Shown here in pieces: positions 1 through 8,127 of a stretch of DNA of 64,000 nt (positions are counted from its first letter, which is position 1; the number at the start of each line of letters is the position of its first letter). This DNA is from a virus, in IMG/VR virus record IMGVR_UViG_3300032116_000145, positions 5,508 to 69,507 of that record; one strand, written 5' to 3'. The notes under the pieces are model-generated. The model was not told where the DNA came from and did not search any database. It was given only the letters and a program-made list of their open reading frames with translations. The position numbers and the translations under genes are program-made.

Positions 1-3000
1 GTCGCTAAGGGCCTTATTTATGATGTAGGTTCTTTTGAGGATGTTAAGTCTGGTAAGAAATACTACTATCCTAACTATCCTTACAATGACTTACGTTCTG
101 ATCGATACATTAAATCTACTCCTGATTGGTATGACTTAGCAGATAGAGGATTTGAAGCAGATTCTTTTGGTATGGGACTTCATGAAGGTTTTAATACTAT
201 TGGGTCTCGTTATACATTCCACTCACCTGATGTACACTTCCAATACCCTAAGATTGGTACAGAACTAAAACTAGAAACAGTAGAGTACGGTAAAGTACAA
301 GGTAAGTTTGTTCCTGTACTAGATCACCCTCAGTATAAGTTTTTAACTAAAGCTGACTATGCTTTAAGTGCTTTAGTATCTACTGCATTATCTCTTGCTT
401 TTGAGTCTGAAGCGGGAACAGGTGTATCAGGTCCTTATGCTAACAGTAATGTAAAAGCAGATGCTATTTCTATTCTTACTAATAACCAAGTCTTAATTGA
501 CTTGCTTGAGAAGCTAATACCGAATACAAATTTTGCTTATCAGTTCAATTCTATAGGAGAGTACAAAAGATTTGTCCCTATTACAACTATAGGTAATAGA
601 AGAAGATTTTTAGATATTGGTCTTTATGCTAACGACAAAATTGTAGAATTAAATGATGATCGTCCTTTGCATAACAGACTCAGGGAAACTTCTGTTTACC
701 TAAAGACTAATGGTTCTTTTAGTACCGAGTTTCCAGGAATAATCGATAATACTCGTTATACTATCGAAGAAAACAATTTACAGGATGATCCAGAAAAAAT
801 AACTGAGTCAGATACAAGAGCCTATTATTCTTCCATCAAAAGAAATTTTCCTAATCAGTACGGACAAATAGAAAACATTACGTATGTGTCTACTGGGTAT
901 TCTTGTTCTGTGTATACAGATATCTCTAATACTGCAAAGATTAGACGTAGATACTATCCTGCTTTTGGAGGAGATACTTACATTAACAAGTTTGCTCTTA
1001 AGAGGAAGCATTCATTCTTTACTCGTAACTTAGCTAACCTTCCTGCTAAAGTAGATAATGTTCCTTTTGATTACTGGCTTTACCCTAATCTAGGATTCCC
1101 TACTTACTACATAGGGGAGTCACCAGAAGAAATAACTTCAGGTGCAGGTACAAGTGCAATAACAGGCGTACTAGGGGCACTAGCAACTGCGTTAGGTCTT
1201 TCACTAGCTGGTGCAGGTACTGGTGTAGCTCTTAATTCTGTTATATCTGGTTTATTAGCGACCATCTATAGTTTGTTTGTTAAGAAGAATAACTTGGATG
1301 GTTCCTCTGTAATAAGTGCTACTATTCCTAATCCTATTCCTGGACAACCTGATATTGATATTGATTTTCCTTCTTCTTTCTTTTATCAAAAAGGATTCTT
1401 CTATACAGCGTCTTATGGTATTCCCGTCTTTTATGTGGAGTCTGATATTAACGTAGACTTACGTCATGGAAGAAACGACTTAGAAGAAAACTTCTATCCT
1501 AATGTAGGAGATGGTATTCCTGATGAGTGGCTACACGAAGTTAATGTACCTATTAAGTTTGATAACTTCTACCACTACAATGCAACTTATTCTGCACAGA
1601 ACTTAAGTCCTAATCTTCCCTACAGATTAAAGTATCCTTCACTAGAGTGTTTGTCTATTCATTCAAACAGAGTTATCTACTCAGATCCTGCAAACTCTTC
1701 TAACTATCTTTCTGATGCTTGGCGTATTTTCCGTCCAGGAAACTTCTATGATTTTCCTAAGCAAGGTGGTCGCTTAATTGACCTAAATGCAGGAGAGAAC
1801 GAAAGAGTATATGCTAGATTCGAGAATACAACTAAAGTATACAACTCTCGTATTACTCTTAGTACTACTTCCCCTTATCAATTAGAGATTGGTAATGCAG
1901 AGATGTTCAAACAAAAGCCTGTAGATCTCTCTAAGACAGATCTAGGTTATATAGGAACTCAACACAAAGCTTATGTTAAGTGTGAGTACGGAACATTCTG
2001 GGTAGACGCTAAGCGTGGTCACATCTATCAAATCACAGGAGACGGCTTTAACGAGATTAAGACAGAAAATAACTTTAACTGGTTTAAGCAAAATCTTCCT
2101 TTCCAAATCCTTAAAGACATTCCAAATGCAGATATAGACAACCCACCAATTGGCTTAGGTATTGTTATGGGATGGGATGAAAGATACGAGAGAGTATTTA
2201 TTACTAAACTTGATTATAGAGTTAAGCCTGAATACAGAGAAGGAAGTCCCTCAGTTGTTAGGTACATTACAGATACTTCTGATAGTAACTTTAGAAAGTA
2301 TGTATTAGAGAGTGGAAGTACCCAAGTAGAAATTACTTTTGGAGATCCTGCATTTTTTGAGAATAAGTCTTGGACAGTAGCATACTCTCCTAAACTTAAG
2401 AATTTTATTTCTTTCTATTCTTACTTGCCTAACTTCTTTGTTGCTCAACTAGGACACTTTCAAACTATTAAAAACAGTTCAACTGGAGCAAGTACTTGGA
2501 ATCATAATCTTTCTATCTTTACTTATCAGACTTATTACGGAACTCTTTATCCTTATATCCTAGAGTATAATGTAAACTCATTCCCACAAGTATCTACTAT
2601 TAACTCTGTTACTTTGATGCAGGATATTCAAGAATACTATTCTGATTACGAATACTATTCTTTGTCTACTGCAAATAAAAAGAACTTAGCAAACTTTACT
2701 AAGGCAATTATTTACAACAAAGAACAGTCATCTGGTATTATTAAGTTGATTCCTGAAGAGTTCGGTAACACAAGACAGAAGATAACCTATCCTAGAATGA
2801 CTGCAACAGGCATAGAAGCGCTTATCTCTCGCAGGGAACAGTTGTATACCTTTAACGGATTTTGGAACGTTGCAGCGCAAGGAAATGGCCAACCACTTTG
2901 GACAACTCAGTGGAGTGACTTATCTTCTCAATACCCAATAGATAAAATACCAAACACCAAGAGTGTAAGACCTGTGTCTGTATCTTATCAAAAGTCAAAG

Positions 3001-3096
3001 ATTAAATCAGACTTTGCTAAAGTAAGATTGATCCAAGATCAGTACTCTAGATTTAAGTTTATTAATACTATTCAAATAACTCAAACCAACCCATAA
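1..3096 (+). CDS. Tail stabilisation / muzzle protein (P22 gp10-like, crAss-type), 5'-truncated
   Basis: Frame is open from base 1 (VAKGLIYD...YYYPNYPYNDL). Motifs FGGDTYINKF, GYIGTQH, FWVDAKRG, GWDERYERVFITK and SWTVAYSP...FISFYSYLP resemble crAss-like muzzle proteins; lies just upstream of the cargo genes. Confidence 0.75.
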   Translation, partial: VAKGLIYDVGSFEDVKSGKKYYYPNYPYNDLRSDRYIKSTPDWYDLADRGFEADSFGMGLHEGFNTIGSRYTFHSPDVHFQYPKIGTELKLETVEYGKVQGKFVPVLDHPQYKFLTKADYALSALVSTALSLAFESEAGTGVSGPYANSNVKADAISILTNNQVLIDLLEKLIPNTNFAYQFNSIGEYKRFVPITTIGNRRRFLDIGLYANDKIVELNDDRPLHNRLRETSVYLKTNGSFSTEFPGIIDNTRYTIEENNLQDDPEKITESDTRAYYSSIKRNFPNQYGQIENITYVSTGYSCSVYTDISNTAKIRRRYYPAFGGDTYINKFALKRKHSFFTRNLANLPAKVDNVPFDYWLYPNLGFPTYYIGESPEEITSGAGTSAITGVLGALATALGLSLAGAGTGVALNSVISGLLATIYSLFVKKNNLDGSSVISATIPNPIPGQPDIDIDFPSSFFYQKGFFYTASYGIPVFYVESDINVDLRHGRNDLEENFYPNVGDGIPDEWLHEVNVPIKFDNFYHYNATYSAQNLSPNLPYRLKYPSLECLSIHSNRVIYSDPANSSNYLSDAWRIFRPGNFYDFPKQGGRLIDLNAGENERVYARFENTTKVYNSRITLSTTSPYQLEIGNAEMFKQKPVDLSKTDLGYIGTQHKAYVKCEYGTFWVDAKRGHIYQITGDGFNEIKTENNFNWFKQNLPFQILKDIPNADIDNPPIGLGIVMGWDERYERVFITKLDYRVKPEYREGSPSVVRYITDTSDSNFRKYVLESGSTQVEITFGDPAFFENKSWTVAYSPKLKNFISFYSYLPNFFVAQLGHFQTIKNSSTGASTWNHNLSIFTYQTYYGTLYPYILEYNVNSFPQVSTINSVTLMQDIQEYYSDYEYYSLSTANKKNLANFTKAIIYNKEQSSGIIKLIPEEFGNTRQKITYPRMTATGIEALISRREQLYTFNGFWNVAAQGNGQPLWTTQWSDLSSQYPIDKIPNTKSVRPVSVSYQKSKIKSDFAKVRLIQDQYSRFKFINTIQITQTNP

Positions 3097-3100
3097 TACC

Positions 3101-3481
3101 ATGAAAGAAAAAGAACTTTTTACCACAGTGAAACCTGAGATAGTAATTGGACAACTATTCCAATCTAGGGACATTATTCACATTGCACACTTACAGACAA
3201 CTTCTTTTAGTGAGCACAAGGCATTAAACGAATACTACGAAGGTATTCTAGGCTTAACCGATGACATTGTAGAATCTTACTTTGGAACAATAGGAAAGAG
3301 ACTTAACTTTAAGATTCCTGGATCTGAGTATATGAATGCAAAGACCCATTTGATCTACATGAAAGATTACATGATGAAACATCGTGGAGTATTTGGAATG
3401 GAGAATACTCACCTACAGAACTCTGTAGATGAAGTAATTACTTTAATTACTAGTACTTTGTATAAACTCACTTTAACTTAA
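3101..3481 (+). CDS. Ferritin/Dps-like four-helix protein (DUF5856-like)
   Basis: HIAHLQT..FSEHKALNEYYE...DDIVESYFG and C-terminal DEV..LI..TLYKL pattern. Confidence 0.7.
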   Translation: MKEKELFTTVKPEIVIGQLFQSRDIIHIAHLQTTSFSEHKALNEYYEGILGLTDDIVESYFGTIGKRLNFKIPGSEYMNAKTHLIYMKDYMMKHRGVFGMENTHLQNSVDEVITLITSTLYKLTLT

Positions 3482-3495
3482 AATAAATAAACTAT

Positions 3496-3924
3496 ATGAA
3501 TCGCTTAAAAAAAGCTTACTCTTCTTGCATGGAGTGCGGAGGTAAGAAAATGAAATCAGGAGGCAATTGGATTAAGAAAGCTGTTTCTAAAAATCCAGGA
3601 TCTTTTACAGCACAAGCTAAAAAAGCTGGAATGTCTGTACCTGCTTTTCGTGATAAAGTATTAGCTAACAAGTCTGATTATTCTTCTACTACAGTAAAAA
3701 GAGCAAACTTGGCTAAGACTCTTTCTAAGATGCGTAAAGGAGAGGATGGGATGTTAAATATGTCTGGTGTTAAGACTATAAAAAATCTTGCTATAAAGAG
3801 TAATAAAGGACAGACTAAGGAAATGCCTAAAATGTCTACCATTAGAACAAAAGATAGTTATGGTAAGAGTGGTATGTTAGTTAAGAGCAAGTCAAAGTCT
3901 TTGATGTCTTATCGTAAGAAGTAA
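3496..3924 (+). CDS. Small Lys-rich putative virion core/DNA-binding protein
   Basis: 142 aa, very basic; NWIKKA..NPGSF...TTVKRANLAKTL module; KMKSGG motif. Confidence 0.6.
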   Translation: MNRLKKAYSSCMECGGKKMKSGGNWIKKAVSKNPGSFTAQAKKAGMSVPAFRDKVLANKSDYSSTTVKRANLAKTLSKMRKGEDGMLNMSGVKTIKNLAIKSNKGQTKEMPKMSTIRTKDSYGKSGMLVKSKSKSLMSYRKK

Positions 3925-4622
3925 TGTTTGTTCCAGGAGTAAATGGTTCTGTAATTCCTAGTGTACCCTCAGGTTCAAGACTTAAGGGTGCATATAAGAG
4001 TTCTAAGAATTCCAAAAAACGTAAAATGCCTGATGGTGGGAGCACTGGATTTGGTATGGCTTTAGAAGCAGCTACCTATGTTCCTGGTCCTGTAGGTACC
4101 TATGCTTCAGGTGCTAGTGCATTAGCCAATCTTTATCAAGGAGATTACGCAGGAGCAGGATTAGATGCTTTAAATATGGCAACATTTGGCACAGCTAAAG
4201 GATTGATGGGGGTAGCTAGAGCTGCAAATGCTATTAGACCTTATAGCAACTTAGCTTTAAATGCAGCACAAGCAAGCAGAACAGTCAATAAAGTGGCTAA
4301 AAAAGTTGCACCTGTTACTAGGGCTGCAGGTACTGTTAATGAATTTACATCTTCTCCTTACAATGCTACTATGAGAGTTCCTCAGAGAGATAATGCTCAG
4401 GTACAATTTAGACCTAATCCTAACTTACGTAGAATGGAAGAGGGAGGAGAAGTAGAGGATGATGATAAAGAAATGGTAGATGGAGTAGCAAGTATCCTAA
4501 GAGGAGTTAAGAGTAAAACCAATAGGTTGCAGTTAGCAAATAAACTGGCTAAACAGTTTAACAGAGAAAAAGTAAATTATGATTTAAAATCATTCTTAAA
4601 GAAATCAAATGTAAAGAAATGA
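3924..4622 (+). CDS. Putative virion cargo protein with Gly/Ala-rich hydrophobic segment
   Basis: 232 aa; coupled by TAATG and ATGA overlaps; KMPDGG and RMEEGG motifs. Confidence 0.55.
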   Translation: MFVPGVNGSVIPSVPSGSRLKGAYKSSKNSKKRKMPDGGSTGFGMALEAATYVPGPVGTYASGASALANLYQGDYAGAGLDALNMATFGTAKGLMGVARAANAIRPYSNLALNAAQASRTVNKVAKKVAPVTRAAGTVNEFTSSPYNATMRVPQRDNAQVQFRPNPNLRRMEEGGEVEDDDKEMVDGVASILRGVKSKTNRLQLANKLAKQFNREKVNYDLKSFLKKSNVKK

Positions 4623-5191
4623 AAAAAATGATAAAACGTAAGGATGGATCTTACTCACAACAGGGACTTTGGGACAATATCCGTAAGAATAAGGGTTCTG
4701 GAAAGAAGCCTACTCCAGAGATGCTTAAGCAAGAACGTAAGATTAAAAGTAAAATGGCTGAAGGTGGTAAGATGCCTACTAGTGTTGCTAAGGCAAGATT
4801 TGTAGCAGCTAATAAGGGAAATGTATCTGAGGCTAGACAAGATGCTTCTAAGTACGGATACAAGTTTATGGCTGGTGGTAGACTTAAGAAAGCTTACATA
4901 GCTAAAGGTGGAACCATTGCTAAAACAACTAAAGGACCAGGAGCTAACTATCGTCCTACTAAACAAGGTGCTGGGATGACTCAGAAAGGAGTTATGGCTT
5001 ACCGTAGAGCTAATCCAGGTTCCAAACTAAGTACTGCTGTTACAGGTAAGGTAAAGCCAGGTAGCAAAGCAGCTAATCGTAGAAAGTCCTACTGTGCTCG
5101 TTCATTAGGTCAGTTGCGTAGGTCTTCACAGGCTACACAGAATGATCCTAATAGCAGAATTAGACAAGCACGTAGGCGTTGGAAGTGCTAA
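4619..5191 (+). CDS. Basic virion protein with C-terminal DUF6321-like domain
   Basis: GMTQKGV..YRRANPGSKL...RRKSYCARS.GQ...DPNSRIRQARRRWKC; N-terminal GLWDNIR module. Confidence 0.6.
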   Translation: MKKMIKRKDGSYSQQGLWDNIRKNKGSGKKPTPEMLKQERKIKSKMAEGGKMPTSVAKARFVAANKGNVSEARQDASKYGYKFMAGGRLKKAYIAKGGTIAKTTKGPGANYRPTKQGAGMTQKGVMAYRRANPGSKLSTAVTGKVKPGSKAANRRKSYCARSLGQLRRSSQATQNDPNSRIRQARRRWKC

Positions 5192-5225
5192 AAATTAAAA
5201 ACTAAACAAAACTAAAACTAAATAA

Positions 5226-5378
5226 ATGGCAACTAAAGCATCTAAATCAAGCACATCTTCATCTTCTAAGTTCAAAGTTAGACCAAAGATCAGAAGAAAG
5301 GGAGTGGTATCAAAGACTAAAGCTTCAAAGTTAAAGTCTAGTAAACATTACTTAAAGAAAAGTAGAGGTCAGGGGTAA
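5226..5378 (+). CDS. 50-aa basic protein ending in SRGQG (not in ORF track)
   Basis: Manual translation MATKASKSSTSSSSKFKVRPKIRRKGVVSKTKASKLKSSKHYLKKSRGQG*; preceded by an A-rich leader, followed by a terminator. Confidence 0.7.
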   Translation: MATKASKSSTSSSSKFKVRPKIRRKGVVSKTKASKLKSSKHYLKKSRGQG

Positions 5379-5402
5379 GCAATTACCCCTTGCTTTTTTT
5401 TA
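5371..5402 (+). terminator. Intrinsic terminator
   Basis: AGGGGTAA-GCAA-TTACCCCT stem-loop followed by TGC and a T run. Confidence 0.8.
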
Positions 5403-5421
5403 TTAATCTCGTATATTTGTA
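5389..5421 (+). promoter_or_regulatory. Bacteroidota primary-sigma promoter (-33 TTG, -7 TAnnTTTG)
   Basis: CTTG-N19-TATATTTGTA upstream of the 879-aa gene. Confidence 0.75.
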
Positions 5422-5482
5422 TAACTAGCTTATTCTCAAGCAGTTGTTAACTTTCTATGTTAATAACATAAATAATTAAAAC

Positions 5483-8122
5483 ATGTTAAGAAACAATCTT
5501 TATAAAAGATTTGGTACAAAAAAATTCCAAGATGCAGGAACTGTAACAAAGACTGAAGAAACAGGCTTGTCTATTCCTACTATAGAAGATATTAAAAAAG
5601 GTTTTAATATAAATAACCCTTTTGTTTTAGATAGTTATACTACTGAAGAGCAACCTAAAGGAACTGTTAGTACTGGTACTAGTTCTTTTGCTCCAGGCAC
5701 TTTCAGTGATTTAGTTAAGAGTCCTATGTTTACTACAGGATTTTCCCCCCTAAATCCCTACGATGTAAATCCTCAGACTCCTGAAGCAGAACAAGGTCCA
5801 ATGACTAAAGAACAAAGTGATTACTTTGTATTAGATCAAACAACTCCTGCGACTACTACCCCTAAGGAAAACAATACACCTGCTATGATATCATTAGGTC
5901 TATTAGGATTTGATGCTTTACTGGGTAAAAATGAGGACTTAAAGAATCAACAAAGATTAAACGAATCAATACAACAACGAAACTCTAAGCCTGAGTACTC
6001 CTACAACTTTATGTATGGTCCTACTACAAGTGGAGGCACAGAATCTCAACCTACAATAAAAGCAGAAATGGGTGCAAAAATAAACAAGCGTTATGCTAGT
6101 GAAGGCATGAACGATGTAGAGATCGAAGGTGGGGAATATATCCAACTTCCTAATCTAGATACTGAAATGGCTTCGGGCCCTTCTCACAGTAACGGAGGTA
6201 TACCTACAAATCTACCTGACCAAACTCGTGTCTACTCTAACAATTTAAAACCAGAAGGTTCTAAGAAAACTTTTGCTCAACTTGCTAAAAATTACGACAC
6301 TACTTCATATAAGAAAACTTTAGAGAATACTTTTGCTAAACAAGTAGATAAGGATACTGCAAATATTATGATGCAGAGAAACCAAAAAATCTTGGATCAA
6401 TTGTTTGCCGACCAACAGGTTATGAATGGTAACTCTAACGGAGAAGTAGAAGCTAAGAATGGTGCTAATATTAATAACGCAGGATTTAATGCTCTTCCAG
6501 GTTATGTGCAAGCTAAAATTAAGGCTAACATGGCTAATGGTGGGACTGACAATCCACTAGACGAGTTACCTAGAATACAAGCTATTGATCCATTAAACTT
6601 AGCGGCTATGAGTACTCTTAATTCAATTGATCCTGCACAGGAGTCATTTATGCCTACTGCTATGCCTGGGGGTCAAGTGCCTCCTGCTAATAAAATAGAT
6701 TATTTTCAAAAAGCATACTCTGATATACTTTCTCAGAAGTTAAGTCCTAGAGGAACTATGGTAGACCCTAGCGGTGATCTTCCTTCTGTAAAAGCTATTG
6801 ATCCTTTAAATCTAGCTGCTCAAACTACTTTAAATCAATTAAATTCTCAGTACAATATAAATCAAGAAGGAACTCTTACTACCAATAGTACCTCTCCTGC
6901 AATGACTGCAGCAGCTAAGACTTCTAATATTGCAGCTCGTAGTAAAAACGCAATGTTTGATCCTACTAAGCCTGGAATGCCTGCACACACTGGGCCTGAG
7001 AAACAATTCTTAACAGGTATTGATCCTAGTATAGATCCTAGTCTACAAATGGTCCCAGGAGTTCAACCTAGTCTAGGTACAGGTGTATACGGAGAGGCTT
7101 CTAACATTGAGACCTTTAATAAGAATTATGGTTGGTATTTGGATGATTTAAAAGCAAGTGGAGAGACTTTTGATCCTAAAAATGAGGGTAGTGTTCGTAG
7201 AGCACAAGTTGCTTTTACAGAAGAGGCTTATAATAGATTTAGAAAAGAAGGACTATCAGAACAAGAAGCAAGAACCAAAGCAGATGAAGTAGGATTTACT
7301 GCAGTAAAAGGTTTACAGAACTCTGTAGATGATATGTTAGGATTGTACACAGCAACACGTGTACTTCCTGAAAGCAAAAAGACTCCTACCTCTACTCCTG
7401 AAAATAAACCTTACATGGATTTATTTGACGGAGAAACTCCTCAACCTGAGAAAGCAAAGTCTACTACTACACAGACTAATACTTCAGGAAGAACTTTTAC
7501 AGGTGTAGGATCTCCTGCTAAAGGAAAGTATATTCCAGGAGAGTTTCCTTTGTATCAGGCTATCCCTGAAGCAATGGGACTTGCACAATCACAACAAATT
7601 TATCCTTATGCTATTCCTGAGATAGATGCTCCTTATGTTCGTCCTCAGACTTTAAACATTCAAAGCCAATTACAGGATATAGATAGTATGGCTACTGCAG
7701 CACAGAGAGCAGGAGGAGATCCTCTTACTACTTACATTGCAGGATTGGATGCTAAACAAAAGGCTTTCCAAGCTAAACAGAATTACGATGCAGAAGGAAG
7801 GTCTAGAGCAGATATGGCTAATGCACAGATGAGTATGTCTGCTGATCAGACTAATGCACAGTACTTTGATCGTGTATACAACAATCTAGTAGGACAAGCA
7901 AGAGATGCACAATCTGCAGAAAAACAAGCAGCTATTGCAAGTCTTACAAATAAAAAGGCTAAATTTACACAGGACGAAACCAAAAAGTCTGCTTACATAA
8001 ACGCTCTTATGGAAAACTACGATGTAGACTCTAAAGGAAACTTTACATTAAAGCCAGGTAAGAATCCTGTTATAAATTCTAATCCAGCTAAAAATGCCAA
8101 AAAGGGCATGTATAAAAAATAA
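5483..8122 (+). CDS. Virion cargo/ejection protein 1-like
   Basis: 879 aa; VEIEGGE...GPSHSNGGI...RVYSN motif recalled from crAss-like cargo proteins; helical Q/A-rich C-terminus; no Cys. Confidence 0.6.
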   Translation: MLRNNLYKRFGTKKFQDAGTVTKTEETGLSIPTIEDIKKGFNINNPFVLDSYTTEEQPKGTVSTGTSSFAPGTFSDLVKSPMFTTGFSPLNPYDVNPQTPEAEQGPMTKEQSDYFVLDQTTPATTTPKENNTPAMISLGLLGFDALLGKNEDLKNQQRLNESIQQRNSKPEYSYNFMYGPTTSGGTESQPTIKAEMGAKINKRYASEGMNDVEIEGGEYIQLPNLDTEMASGPSHSNGGIPTNLPDQTRVYSNNLKPEGSKKTFAQLAKNYDTTSYKKTLENTFAKQVDKDTANIMMQRNQKILDQLFADQQVMNGNSNGEVEAKNGANINNAGFNALPGYVQAKIKANMANGGTDNPLDELPRIQAIDPLNLAAMSTLNSIDPAQESFMPTAMPGGQVPPANKIDYFQKAYSDILSQKLSPRGTMVDPSGDLPSVKAIDPLNLAAQTTLNQLNSQYNINQEGTLTTNSTSPAMTAAAKTSNIAARSKNAMFDPTKPGMPAHTGPEKQFLTGIDPSIDPSLQMVPGVQPSLGTGVYGEASNIETFNKNYGWYLDDLKASGETFDPKNEGSVRRAQVAFTEEAYNRFRKEGLSEQEARTKADEVGFTAVKGLQNSVDDMLGLYTATRVLPESKKTPTSTPENKPYMDLFDGETPQPEKAKSTTTQTNTSGRTFTGVGSPAKGKYIPGEFPLYQAIPEAMGLAQSQQIYPYAIPEIDAPYVRPQTLNIQSQLQDIDSMATAAQRAGGDPLTTYIAGLDAKQKAFQAKQNYDAEGRSRADMANAQMSMSADQTNAQYFDRVYNNLVGQARDAQSAEKQAAIASLTNKKAKFTQDETKKSAYINALMENYDVDSKGNFTLKPGKNPVINSNPAKNAKKGMYKK

Positions 8123-8127
8123 AACCT

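Noticed and set aside
5422-5482. tRNA or structured ncRNA in intergenic gaps
   Set aside because: Only short AT-rich hairpins (e.g. 5443-5467); no cloverleaf or T-loop consensus seen by eye in any gap. A covariance search was not run.
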